Positions 1-9,686 of a stretch of DNA of 64,000 nucleotides are shown here, piece after piece. Position 1 is the stretch's first letter, and each line of letters begins with the position of its first letter. Source of the stretch: an uncultured Candidatus Peribacteria bacterium (GTDB lineage: Bacteria; Patescibacteriota; Gracilibacteria; RBG-16-42-10); assembly GCA_964514565.1 (NCBI GenBank), contig CAZERA010000002.1, positions 62,001 through 126,000 of the forward strand. Reading direction: 5' to 3'. A model generated the notes under the pieces. The model had not been told where the DNA came from, did not search any database, and saw only the letters and a list, made by a program, of their open reading frames with translations. The translations under genes and the position numbers were made by a program.

Positions 1-538
1 TTTCAATGGATATAGTACTTACTCCCTTGGTCTTGAGCTCTGCAACACGTGCATCCATACGGGCAGCAAGGTTACTTAGCTTGCTACTCAGATCATCTAG
101 TTTGCCATACATACTATCGTAGAACCGTTTAATAGTATCTTTCTTATCTTGAGGTAATGTAATTTCTTTAACAGGTTCTTTTGTTGGCTGCGTAACTGGA
201 GTAGCTGTAAAACTGGCTACTGGGGTTGCCCTTGAAGTAGCAGTAGGAGTAACAACTGGAGTGGGGGTGACTACGGGCTTAAAAGTGACAATAACAGGCA
301 AAATATATTTTGTAGTTGGTTTGGGTGTATTTGTAGGACTTGGCACTGCAGTCGGTGTTGCAGCAGGCTGGGCAGTCACGGGCAAAAAGAAGTTTGTGGG
401 TAAGGTAAAAGTACTTACTCTGGAACCACGGCTGCTATATTCTCTCTCTGATTCTCTTGAAGAAGCATGAGCACTTAAAGGCAGCACTATTTGACTAACT
501 AACAAACTACCGACAAGGAGAGAATGGAAACGAGACAT
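1..538 (-). CDS. Secreted Pro/Thr-rich protein, partial (runs off the window start)
   Basis: Manual translation from ATG at 538: MSRFHSLLVGSLLVSQIVLPLSAHA (signal peptide, AxA), then a PT-rich linker (TPTAVPSPTNTPKPT) and a coiled-coil-like segment; open to position 1. Confidence 0.75.
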   Translation of the reverse strand, partial: MSRFHSLLVGSLLVSQIVLPLSAHASSRESEREYSSRGSRVSTFTLPTNFFLPVTAQPAATPTAVPSPTNTPKPTTKYILPVIVTFKPVVTPTPVVTPTATSRATPVASFTATPVTQPTKEPVKEITLPQDKKDTIKRFYDSMYGKLDDLSSKLSNLAARMDARVAELKTKGVSTISIE

Positions 539-605
539 AAGATAAGATAAACGTTCACCAACTAAGTCGTGACTAGGTTACAACAAAACTTAGAATTTGA
601 CTAGC

Positions 606-1589
606 TTATGCTACCATTAAAGTCTTAGCCATTCTTTCTCGAAATGCCTGGCCATCTTTTGCAGACATCATTCTCAGTCCAATTTCCCAATTGCGTATTT
701 TTTGCTCCACAAAAGCTCTAGCAGCCTTATCACCAGCATCTCCAGCCCCAGGTCCGCCAATAAATATATTAGATTGGAGACATCCATCGCTCTTCCCTAC
801 TACTGCGTGTCGAATTGGGTACCGGTCTAGCACCCTAGCTACTCCAGGAGCAGCAGATATTACAGAAGCAATACTCATATTTTGAGGATGAGCACCAAAA
901 GTTTTTAAATATTCAATCACTCTTATCATGCTCCCACCGGTAGCAAACATTGGGTCCACAATCACTAACTCAGTATCACCATTTACCCTCTTGGCGATAT
1001 CATCACCATTATAGTACATACTAGCAGCTCCAGTATGCTCATCGCGAGACAGACCCAAGTGCAAAGTATTACGCAAGCCATACCGATGAGCACTTTCAAT
1101 CGCAGTACAAGCGGCACGCCACAAAAATACACAAACGGTTTTTTCAGGCTTTAGGATAATACCCCTTCCAATCATTCTAGAGAAAATATCATCAAAGATT
1201 AGATTGATCGCTTCATCGAAACTCTCTGGTGACACAACCTCTGTGCCAGGAATATTACCAGATCGGAAGTGAGCATATTCACTAGCTATACTTCCCCCAG
1301 CTTGATTTTTATTGTCGCCATGCAGCTCAGAATAACGTTGAGCAAACTCTGGCCCACTCATATGTCTATCCAATATCCCAATTTCTAAATTAGTTAAAGG
1401 CAAGAAAAGTCCCCCAGCTGGATCCACTCTGGTGAACATCTCTTTTATTAAGCTTTTAGCTCTTGCTTGTAATTCTGCAAAAGGAATCTCAGATACCTTC
1501 GATCTATGTTCATTCCGTGCTTGCCGATGCCCCATCTCCACTTCAGTAATATACTTTACTTGAGCAGCATCCAAGGAAGAACTACGCAT
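606..1589 (-). CDS. upp: Uracil phosphoribosyltransferase-like protein with N-terminal extension
   Basis: PRPP-binding motif VIVDPMFATGGS and C-terminal PGAGDAGDK resemble UPRTase DPMLATGGS and PGLGDAGDR; divergent elsewhere. Confidence 0.7.
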   Translation of the reverse strand: MRSSSLDAAQVKYITEVEMGHRQARNEHRSKVSEIPFAELQARAKSLIKEMFTRVDPAGGLFLPLTNLEIGILDRHMSGPEFAQRYSELHGDNKNQAGGSIASEYAHFRSGNIPGTEVVSPESFDEAINLIFDDIFSRMIGRGIILKPEKTVCVFLWRAACTAIESAHRYGLRNTLHLGLSRDEHTGAASMYYNGDDIAKRVNGDTELVIVDPMFATGGSMIRVIEYLKTFGAHPQNMSIASVISAAPGVARVLDRYPIRHAVVGKSDGCLQSNIFIGGPGAGDAGDKAARAFVEQKIRNWEIGLRMMSAKDGQAFRERMAKTLMVA

Positions 1590-1657
1590 AGAAAATTATT
1601 AAGTTCTGCTAACTAATCTAACAGTACTTTTTTCTATCGTCTACAAACTAGATAAAT

Positions 1658-4237
1658 CTATTTCCCATGACACTTCTTGTACTTCTTGCCACTACCACAA
1701 GGACAAAGTGCATTGCGGTCAATAGACTTATCACCTTGCTTGGAAACAGGCATGGGTTTCTTCTCTGCCAAAGAGCTCGTTGTAATATCATCCTCAATCT
1801 CAGCTTGGTTGGTAATTCCTTCTACTGGTGCTGGAGCGGCTTCCATCTGAGGAGCAAATTCTACTTTGTAGATAGTATTGACTACTGAAGCATGAATCAT
1901 CGCTAATAAACGTTGCATAGCGAGGTAAGCTTCTTGCTTGTACTCAACCAATGGATCACGTTGGCCATAAGCCTTTAATGCCACCTTTTCACGCAAGTAC
2001 TGCATGTGATCGAGATGGTCCATCCATAAAGTATCTATGCTACGAAGATACACAAACTTTTCGAGCATCTGCATTGATTCTTCGCTAGGAGCTTTTTTGA
2101 TCTTGTCATCATAAGCTTCGATGTAAGCATCGTAGATATATTGAGCCAAGCCTTCTTTATCATCAGTTTGTTCTACTGGCATTGCTGAGAAAATATCCTT
2201 TGGCAAAGTATAAATAGCATTGAGTGCATCCTTGAGTGCCAAAGTATCTACTTCGTCAGTCTCAACATTGGTATGTACACGAATTAAATTAATGATTTCC
2301 GTCCGCACCATTTCTCGGATCTCACTGCGAAGGTCAGTAGCACCTAAAATCTGTTTCCGACGAGAATAAATCAAATTGCGGTGATAATTCATTACATTGT
2401 CGTACTGCAGCACATGTTTACGGATATCAAAATTGCGGCCCTCTACTCTTTTCTGAGCACTCTCGATTGAGTAAGCCATTACTCTATTTTCAATCTCTTG
2501 ATCATCAGGAATATTCAGTCTCTCCATCAGCGACTTGATGCGGTCACCAGCAAAAAGACGCATCAAATCGTCTTCCATTGAGACATAAAACTGACTACTA
2601 CCAGGATCACCTTGGCGACCGGAGCGACCACGCAGTTGATTGTCGATACGACGTGACTCATGGCGTTCAGTACCGAGTACGTGTAGCCCACCCAGCTCTG
2701 ACACACCCTCGCCCAATTGAATATCTGTACCACGACCAGCCATATTGGTAGCAATAGTCACAGCCCCGATTCGTCCAGCCAAAGCAATAATTTCTGCTTC
2801 TTTTTCATGGAACTTGGCATTGAGCACTTGATGAGGAATATTTTCTGCTTTGAGTAATTTGCTCAAATATTCAGATTTTTCAATTGAAATAGTACCGACC
2901 AAAACAGGTTGGCCCTTTTGATAACGAGCTTTGAGCTCTTTGACTACAGCTTGAAACTTTCCTCTTTCATTTTTGTACACACGATCAGCTGCATCTTCAC
3001 GCTGAATAGCCCGGTGGGTAGGCATAGTGACTACAGGCAGATTGTAAATTGATTCAAATTCTTCAGCCTCAGTGACAGCTGTACCAGTCATACCGGCCAG
3101 CTTTTTGTAAAGTTTGAAGTAATTCTGAAAAGTAATAGTAGCCAGCGTCTTACTTTCTTGTTTCACATCTACATTTTCTTTTGCTTCCAAAGCTTGGTGT
3201 AGGCCCTCTGAAAAACGACGTCCAGGCATCATACGACCAGTAAACTCATCTACAATCACTACCTCACCATCTTTGACTACATAGTCACGATCCAGGGTAA
3301 ATAGAGCATGCGCACGCAATGCTTGTTCGATGTGATGCACTTCACTAAACCCAGCCTCAGTATAGATATTTTTGATCCCCATCAATCCTTCCATAGTAGC
3401 GATACCTTTTTCAGTCAAAGTTGCTGCCTTTTGCTTCTCATCTACTACATAATCCTTATCTTTCTCCAAACGAGGAATCAAGCGGCTGTAGTGTACATAT
3501 TTTGAAGTAGACTCTTGGCCAGGAGCCGAGATAATAAGCGGTGTACGAGCTTCATCGATCAAAATAGAATCCACTTCATCCACGATCGCATAGTGCAATG
3601 ATCGTTGCACAGCTTGATTAGGATCTTGCACCATATTGTCACGCAAGTAATCGAAACCAAACTCATTGTTGGTACCATAAGTAATATCACAAGCATAAGC
3701 CAACTTTCTCTGTTCTGGATCTACACCATGCACTACGACGCCTACGGTCAATCCTAAATAACGATATAGAATACCCATCCATTCCGCATCACGACGAGCC
3801 AAATAGTCATTGGTAGTCACTACATGCACCCCCATCCCTTCCAAAGCATTGAGGTAAACAGCTAATGTACTTACTAATGTTTTACCTTCACCAGTCTTCA
3901 TTTCAGCAATATTGCCGCGATGCATTACCATACCTCCTAGCAGCTGCACATCAAAAGGCACCATATTCCATTCTTTCTCTTGTCCAGACAAAACATACTT
4001 GGTACCTACTAAACGACGACAAGCATTTTTTACTACAGCAAAAGCTTCAGGCAAAATAGCATCCAAGCTCTCACCTTGTTTAATACGATCACGAAATTCT
4101 TCAGTCTTGCGGCTAATTTGCTCCTCAGTAAGCTGTTGAAATTTCTCTTCCCATTGATTTATTTTAGCCACTAGTGGCTTGATCTGACGCAGTTCTTTAG
4201 CTGTGACATCAGGAAAAATCGATTGCCATAATCCCAT
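1658..4237 (-). CDS. secA: Preprotein translocase subunit SecA
   Basis: MKTGEGKT Walker A, DEVDSILIDEARTPLIIS, ATNMAGRGTDI, C-terminal CPCGSGKKYKKCH zinc motif; ATG at 4237 preferred. Confidence 0.99.
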   Translation of the reverse strand: MGLWQSIFPDVTAKELRQIKPLVAKINQWEEKFQQLTEEQISRKTEEFRDRIKQGESLDAILPEAFAVVKNACRRLVGTKYVLSGQEKEWNMVPFDVQLLGGMVMHRGNIAEMKTGEGKTLVSTLAVYLNALEGMGVHVVTTNDYLARRDAEWMGILYRYLGLTVGVVVHGVDPEQRKLAYACDITYGTNNEFGFDYLRDNMVQDPNQAVQRSLHYAIVDEVDSILIDEARTPLIISAPGQESTSKYVHYSRLIPRLEKDKDYVVDEKQKAATLTEKGIATMEGLMGIKNIYTEAGFSEVHHIEQALRAHALFTLDRDYVVKDGEVVIVDEFTGRMMPGRRFSEGLHQALEAKENVDVKQESKTLATITFQNYFKLYKKLAGMTGTAVTEAEEFESIYNLPVVTMPTHRAIQREDAADRVYKNERGKFQAVVKELKARYQKGQPVLVGTISIEKSEYLSKLLKAENIPHQVLNAKFHEKEAEIIALAGRIGAVTIATNMAGRGTDIQLGEGVSELGGLHVLGTERHESRRIDNQLRGRSGRQGDPGSSQFYVSMEDDLMRLFAGDRIKSLMERLNIPDDQEIENRVMAYSIESAQKRVEGRNFDIRKHVLQYDNVMNYHRNLIYSRRKQILGATDLRSEIREMVRTEIINLIRVHTNVETDEVDTLALKDALNAIYTLPKDIFSAMPVEQTDDKEGLAQYIYDAYIEAYDDKIKKAPSEESMQMLEKFVYLRSIDTLWMDHLDHMQYLREKVALKAYGQRDPLVEYKQEAYLAMQRLLAMIHASVVNTIYKVEFAPQMEAAPAPVEGITNQAEIEDDITTSSLAEKKPMPVSKQGDKSIDRNALCPCGSGKKYKKCHGK

Positions 4238-4272
4238 AGTTCGTTCCTTAAAGCCCATGAAGAGTAACAAGA

Positions 4273-4307
4273 AAAGTGGAAAGTGGAAAGTTGAGAGTGG
4301 AAAGTTA
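4273..4307 (+). repeat. Heptamer tandem array (AAAGTGG)x5, left arm of inverted repeat
   Basis: AAAGTGG AAAGTGG AAAGTTG AGAGTGG AAAGTTA; the last unit contains the stop codon of the four-helix-bundle gene. Confidence 0.9.
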
Positions 4308-4649
4308 GGTGGAACGGGTTGTTTTTACGATTTGATTGAGCATCGCGTAGATTTGTTCAATTTCTGAGAGTAGATACTCCTGATTTATACTTAATAGGTT
4401 TGATTGATTAAGTAGAAAAAGCCAATATTTCGTTTCTCTAGCTTCTTTTAGAGCAATAGACATCTTACTCAAAAAGTCTCTCCTACTTTGTCCCTCAAGT
4501 ACTTCAGCAATATTAGCGCCAATACTAGTACCACTTTTAAGCAACTGGCGAGCTAAAACAAACTGGCGTTTTAGATCAAGTGTCTGCACAAACTTAATAA
4601 TGGCCAAAGCAAAATCAGTACTGCGATTAAAAACAATACTCTCTTTCAT
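4305..4649 (-). CDS. Four helix bundle protein (23S rRNA IVP / TIGR02436 family, Avd-like fold)
   Basis: Signature QLLKSGTSIGANIAE...SRRDFLSKMSIALKEARETKYWL; 114 aa. Confidence 0.92.
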   Translation of the reverse strand: MKESIVFNRSTDFALAIIKFVQTLDLKRQFVLARQLLKSGTSIGANIAEVLEGQSRRDFLSKMSIALKEARETKYWLFLLNQSNLLSINQEYLLSEIEQIYAMLNQIVKTTRST

Positions 4650-4723
4650 AAGTTCAAAGGTTAATCACCAATAAACTTACCAACCCAAAAATGAATTTTT
4701 CCTGCCCCCCCAAAAAAACTTTT

Positions 4724-4743
4724 CCCGAAGGGACCCCTTCGGG
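4724..4743. repeat. GC-rich palindrome inside the heptamer-IR cassette
   Basis: CCCGAAGGG-AC-CCCTTCGGG is a perfect 9-bp inverted repeat; on the minus strand it is followed by AAAAG and a T7 run. Confidence 0.8.
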
Positions 4744-4744
4744 G

Positions 4745-4772
4745 CAATTTTCCACTTTCCACTTTCAACTTT
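4745..4772 (+). repeat. Heptamer tandem array (CCACTTT)x4, right arm of inverted repeat
   Basis: CAATTTT CCACTTT CCACTTT CAACTTT is the reverse complement of the left-arm units; contains the nurA TGA stop. Confidence 0.9.
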
Positions 4773-5727
4773 TATGCAAAGCCTTCCAGGTCTCTTTCAT
4801 CGACAACCCCTCATCCCCTCCCAACACTTTTTCAATCATCGCCTTATCTGTCTCCCGAATAACACATGACTCATGAGACCGAACCAAACTCCAAGGATAT
4901 CCTTTCCCCTTATTGATTTGGTCTACCAAATAAGTCCACGATTGGTCAGGAATGACCTGGTCTAAAACCATTTCGATCCGAAGCAAGGTACTTTCACTAC
5001 GGTAGTAACAAAAGCCGATATTATAGTCGGGCAATAAGTCAGTAATCGGCGAATGTGTACGAAATACTGGTGAAAATGTATTAGGTAACAGGACCGCTTG
5101 GAAAAGATCCTGATCGGTAAAGTGTTTGAATTTCTTACCTGATTGACGTTCCAGCCAATGAACAAGATCTCTGCTGGCAGAACGGTCAATCACAGCAAAT
5201 ATTGGAGCTTGTTTCTTATAACTCTGTACTAAATACTCAACATATTCACCGACAAATTGCAGTTTTTTCTCTTGATCAAGCTCCTCCCATTGCCAACGCA
5301 CCAAACTACCATCGACCAACACCAAGTCAGACTTCTCTTCTTGAACAGCAAACGATAGTTCTAGCAAAGGAAACCTTAAAGCCCCCAATTCATCTTGCTC
5401 AGGAAAATCCTCAATCGTATTGATAACTTGTTCAGTGCCCAACTGATAGTTTGTTACCACCCTTGATAATGATAAAGCCTTGAGCTCAACACTACGATGG
5501 CGTGAAAGCTGAAGTGGTGAACCATCAGCTCCTACTACAGTGTATTGAGCACGATTTAGCTTAGCTATTGCCGGAACTACGTAGTTTGCCAAAGGTAACT
5601 TCTGTTGGTCAATCAGTGCCCAAGCCCGAACTAGACCATCTAGCTCTTGGCTCACTACTGATCGTTTTTTATCATATTGCACTTTTACCTTGTGGGCATA
5701 TTGCAATAACTGCGCTAAATCAGGCAT
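4765..5727 (-). CDS. nurA: NurA-domain nuclease
   Basis: Two acidic DGS motifs (VVGADGS, LVLVDGSL) and C-terminal GYPWSLVRSHE matching the NurA GYP...H motif. Confidence 0.8.
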   Translation of the reverse strand: MPDLAQLLQYAHKVKVQYDKKRSVVSQELDGLVRAWALIDQQKLPLANYVVPAIAKLNRAQYTVVGADGSPLQLSRHRSVELKALSLSRVVTNYQLGTEQVINTIEDFPEQDELGALRFPLLELSFAVQEEKSDLVLVDGSLVRWQWEELDQEKKLQFVGEYVEYLVQSYKKQAPIFAVIDRSASRDLVHWLERQSGKKFKHFTDQDLFQAVLLPNTFSPVFRTHSPITDLLPDYNIGFCYYRSESTLLRIEMVLDQVIPDQSWTYLVDQINKGKGYPWSLVRSHESCVIRETDKAMIEKVLGGDEGLSMKETWKALHKS

Positions 5728-5735
5728 GAAACACG

Positions 5736-5927
5736 TTAAGATTCACAACGTAGCAAAGCTTTTGCTAAAGCACTAGCGGCAATTGGCGGAGTGAAGGAAA
5801 GAATCAGTGATTTTTTGTCCTGTGAAAAAGAAACTTGTTGAGCCAATTTCATCAATTGGTTGTTGGTAGAAACTTCGTCTTTTACACATGCATACAGTTC
5901 CTGATCGGTTTTGGTTGTTTTAGCCAT
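5736..5927 (-). CDS. Small hypothetical protein
   Basis: 63-aa ORF co-oriented with nurA and 8 nt upstream of it. Confidence 0.5.
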   Translation of the reverse strand: MAKTTKTDQELYACVKDEVSTNNQLMKLAQQVSFSQDKKSLILSFTPPIAASALAKALLRCES

Positions 5928-6128
5928 AATTTTATAGTCAATCACCAATGATAATTATACTTATTACCAAGCAGCAACAAGGTGAGTACTGGATATAGAG
6001 TTGCCTAGTTGCCATAAAAGTTCTCTGCAACAAAATGTGTAAAGTGGAATATTACACCCCACACCCACCAACTATTCTAGCTTGTAGAAATACGTTAAAG
6101 TACCAACGACTTATTGTTGTGATTTGAT

Positions 6129-7004
6129 ATGACAGATATAAAACTCTTAGACATTCCATTCGATCCAGTCACCCAGGCTGAGGCGTTGGATTTGATTGAG
6201 AGCCGCATAAAACAAGGTAAGCACACGAGAATTGCCACTATCAATCCAGAGTTTGTGCTTGAAGCTCAAAAAAATCCTGATTTCAAACAAGCGCTAAAAA
6301 GCGCTGATCTCCGCTTGGCAGATGGCATCGGTATATTATGGGCAACTCACTTTCTCAACATACAACCAGCTTTTCCAAAACTGTACAAAGTAATCCCTGG
6401 TCTTTACGGCTTATGGCAATGTGTTTACACCTTGGGCTTACTTCCCTTTACCAAGAGAGTTGTACGTAATCCATTACCAGAACGAGTGACGGGTAGTGAT
6501 TTATTCATCCCCTTGATCACGAAACTTTCAGAATTAAATGAACGCATATTTTTGTTGGGGGGGGCACCAGGCGTAGGAGAAAAAACAGCACAGATTTTGC
6601 AACAAAAGATCCCCAATCTTCAAGTTGCCGGATACTATCCTGGCTCACCACACAAAGACGAGGCTCAGAAAATTATTGCCATTATCAATGACAGCAAAGC
6701 TACAGCTCTATTTGTTGCTTTCCAGTTTCCTGCTCAAGATATTTGGATTGCTCAATATATGCCTAGAATGCATCAATTAAAGGTGGCAATCGGTGTTGGC
6801 GGAGCATTTGATTTTATTGCTGGTACTAGTCACCTCAATCATAGTGGTACTAAGACAAAACGCGCCCCCCCATGGATTAGAAGGCTCAATTTAGAATGGT
6901 TTTGGAGACTAATCACTCAACCGTATCGCTGGAAAAGAATCTTTCAAGCAACTTTCTCTTTTATTAGAGCTTGCCTACAAGAACGAATCAGTCCCGCAAA
7001 CTGA
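6129..7004 (+). CDS. WecB/TagA/CpsF family glycosyltransferase
   Basis: TINPEF, ADGIG, RVTGSDL, GVGGAFD, RAP..LEWFWRL..P.R motifs. Confidence 0.93.
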   Translation: MTDIKLLDIPFDPVTQAEALDLIESRIKQGKHTRIATINPEFVLEAQKNPDFKQALKSADLRLADGIGILWATHFLNIQPAFPKLYKVIPGLYGLWQCVYTLGLLPFTKRVVRNPLPERVTGSDLFIPLITKLSELNERIFLLGGAPGVGEKTAQILQQKIPNLQVAGYYPGSPHKDEAQKIIAIINDSKATALFVAFQFPAQDIWIAQYMPRMHQLKVAIGVGGAFDFIAGTSHLNHSGTKTKRAPPWIRRLNLEWFWRLITQPYRWKRIFQATFSFIRACLQERISPAN

Positions 7005-7108
7005 ACACCACCCACAACATAAAAGTTGCTTTTTCATAATAATATTGTAGAAAATACTAGCTATTTTTAGCATGGCATGTTTTTCTGTGCTTAGATTAAA
7101 GCTCTAGC

Positions 7109-8281
7109 ATGTATCTGTCCTATGTTATCCCTTGTCTCAACGAAGAAGAGACATTGGGCATAGTGGTACAAAAGGCAATCAATACAATTAAAAAGCTAAA
7201 AATAGATGGCGAAGTCATTGTTAGTGACAATGGCAGCACAGACAGATCCAAACAAATAGCTCAAGAATTAGGTGCTCGAGTAGTAGATTGCCCTGAACGT
7301 GGAAATGGCAATGCATTACGTTTTGGTTTTCAAGCTGCATTAGGCAAATACATTATTATGCTTGATGCTGACGATAGCTATAATGCTGAAGAAGTTGATT
7401 GTTTTCTAGAAGAGCTAGATAAGGGAGCTGATATAGTAATAGGTAGTCGGCTAAGAGGAAAAATGGAGGAAGGCAGCAATCCTTGGTTACACAGGTATAT
7501 TGGCACTCCATTACAAACATTTATTTGCAACATCCTTTTTCATACCAAGGTGTCTGATATCCATAGTGGTATGCGTGGATTCAGAAAAGAGATGCTGGAG
7601 CAATGGAAGCTTGATAGCAAAGGATTTGAGCTTTGTACTGAAATGATGATCAAAGCTGGTATTACTAAAAGTAAGATTGTAGAGATACCAATTAATTTCT
7701 ACAGAGACAAACGATCTAGAGCCCCTCATCTCAAAACCTGGAGTCACGGCTGGGCAGTGCTTAAATACATGCTACTCTTTGGCACCAACAAAATTTTGAT
7801 TTGGCCAGGCGTGATCGCCTTTTTACTAGGAACTATATTAGTATTCTCTCAGATCAATGGGCCAATCCACTTAGGAACCTTTCCAGTAGATATTCACTTT
7901 ATGGTCCTGGGCTTAATGTTGAGCATTATTGGTGTATACATGGCCTCTAGCGGGATTGTAGTCAACCTTTACAGTAAATTAAGATACTACTACGGCAATA
8001 TTCACTTACCTAGAGCAATCGAAAGCATTTTCACTTTCGATAAAGGTTTCTTCATTGGAGGCTTACTAGGAGTTCTAGGAGTAATGGTTGAAATTAGTAT
8101 CCTAACCCAATGGGTCAATATGGGGTATAGAAATATTAGTGCCCTCAGGCCAGTTATTATTGGATTTTATTTTGTATTTTTAGGAATCTCACTCGTTGTC
8201 TTCTCTTTTATTTTTACCTTACTCAAAGAATCACTTCACTCCGCGGCAGCAGCATCAAATAAAAAAACTCCTAATCTTTAA
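7109..8281 (+). CDS. GT2 polyprenol-phosphate glycosyltransferase (DPM1-like) with C-terminal TM helices
   Basis: VIPCLNEE, DNGSTD, MLDADDSY, GSR, GMRGFR motifs; hydrophobic C-terminus. Confidence 0.9.
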   Translation: MYLSYVIPCLNEEETLGIVVQKAINTIKKLKIDGEVIVSDNGSTDRSKQIAQELGARVVDCPERGNGNALRFGFQAALGKYIIMLDADDSYNAEEVDCFLEELDKGADIVIGSRLRGKMEEGSNPWLHRYIGTPLQTFICNILFHTKVSDIHSGMRGFRKEMLEQWKLDSKGFELCTEMMIKAGITKSKIVEIPINFYRDKRSRAPHLKTWSHGWAVLKYMLLFGTNKILIWPGVIAFLLGTILVFSQINGPIHLGTFPVDIHFMVLGLMLSIIGVYMASSGIVVNLYSKLRYYYGNIHLPRAIESIFTFDKGFFIGGLLGVLGVMVEISILTQWVNMGYRNISALRPVIIGFYFVFLGISLVVFSFIFTLLKESLHSAAAASNKKTPNL

Positions 8282-8292
8282 CTGTTTGAAGC

Positions 8293-9006
8293 ATGAACGA
8301 TCAATTTTCTCAGGAGGGTGATAAGAATTTAAAAATTCTAGCCCAAGCCAACAACTTTACACTGTGGATGTATGAACAAGCCAAACCATATCTAAAAGGC
8401 ACTATCCTAGAAATTGGTAGCGGACACGGCAATTACAGTAAACTTATCATCAGGGACTTTCCTACTCAGAAAATTATCCTCAGTGAAATAGATGAAAATT
8501 ATCTTACTCGGCTTCAAACTGATCTAGGCAACAAAAATGTTTCCACAATCAAACTCAATCTTGAGAAAAAGGCTGACTTCAATCAAATCGACCAAATCGA
8601 TTCTGCTTTTGCACTTAATGTACTAGAGCACGTAGAGCATGATGTAGATGCTCTTAATAATATCTACAACAAACTTACACCTGGTGGTACATTTACTGTA
8701 TTAGTTCCTGCCCACCAATTTCTTTACAACTGCATAGATAAAAGCGTAGGACACTTCAGACGTTACAATAAAAAATTGATGAAAGAAAAAGTGGCACAAA
8801 CTCAATTCAAAATAAAAAAACTATTTTATTTCAACGCTATCTCCATACCTGGATGGTACTTGAGCGGTAATATCCTAAAACGAGATCTATTGAGTGAAAA
8901 TAAAATGCAGTTTTTTGATAAATTGGTGCCAGTTTTAAAATTTTTTGAAAAATATATCCTTAGAAAAAGTGTCGGAATGTCATTGATAGCTGTATTAGAA
9001 AAATAA
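8293..9006 (+). CDS. Class I SAM-dependent methyltransferase
   Basis: ILEIGSGHG, NVLEHV, GHFRRY motifs. Confidence 0.9.
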   Translation: MNDQFSQEGDKNLKILAQANNFTLWMYEQAKPYLKGTILEIGSGHGNYSKLIIRDFPTQKIILSEIDENYLTRLQTDLGNKNVSTIKLNLEKKADFNQIDQIDSAFALNVLEHVEHDVDALNNIYNKLTPGGTFTVLVPAHQFLYNCIDKSVGHFRRYNKKLMKEKVAQTQFKIKKLFYFNAISIPGWYLSGNILKRDLLSENKMQFFDKLVPVLKFFEKYILRKSVGMSLIAVLEK

Positions 9007-9026
9007 TACATTACTTACCTACACCT

Positions 9027-9686
9027 ATGAAAACTCTAGATGAAAAAACTCAACCCCTGGAAACAATTGTGCCAGAGTACGAGTCAGGCAGTAGATTAGT
9101 AAAGTGGCTATTTCATAAAAGACTAAACTGGGCCACCAAAATGACTCAGAAGAAAAGTAATAGGGAAGATATTGCCATACTAGATGCAGGCTGCGGTAAC
9201 GGCATTTGGCTCAAAAAGCTAGCTGAATTAGGTTACACCAACTTACACGGTATAGATTTCAACGAGCATGTGACAGAAATTATAGTCCCTAATGCTCAAT
9301 TCCGATGTGGCGATTTAGCAAAGACTGGCTATTTAGACGAACAGTTCGATGTGATAGCTATTTTAGATGTGATAGAACATATTCCCGATCCTACTAATGT
9401 TATTAAAGAACTAAAAAGAATTCTCAAACCAAACGGCATCATCTTGGCATCTCTTCCCACCGAACATGCATTATATAAACTAGGAAGATTTATCCTCAAA
9501 GGGACGTTCAGTTCAGAAGATGGCCCAGCTACGGGAGTGCATTACCACAACGCTAAAGATTTAGATAAACGGCTACAAAAACATTTCCAACTTATTACAT
9601 CAAAATATGTCCCCACATTTCCACCTTTTAACCTTTTTAATTTAAAAACTTACTGCAAAAATTCACCTGTCATTTCTACGACATGA
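9027..9686 (+). CDS. Class I SAM-dependent methyltransferase
   Basis: ILDAGCGNG, DVIEHIPDP, ILKPNG. Confidence 0.9.
   Translation: MKTLDEKTQPLETIVPEYESGSRLVKWLFHKRLNWATKMTQKKSNREDIAILDAGCGNGIWLKKLAELGYTNLHGIDFNEHVTEIIVPNAQFRCGDLAKTGYLDEQFDVIAILDVIEHIPDPTNVIKELKRILKPNGIILASLPTEHALYKLGRFILKGTFSSEDGPATGVHYHNAKDLDKRLQKHFQLITSKYVPTFPPFNLFNLKTYCKNSPVISTT

Noticed and set aside
261..470. Plus-strand 69-aa ORF and the many other short ORFs antisense or out-of-frame to long genes
   Set aside because: They are shadows of well-supported genes, with no motifs of their own.
4305..4649. Diversity-generating retroelement (because of the Avd-like fold)
   Set aside because: No reverse transcriptase in the window and no TR/VR repeat pair differing at adenines was seen.
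4691..4876. 61-aa ORF containing FSTFHFQL
   Set aside because: It is a translation of the heptamer arm and antisense nurA.
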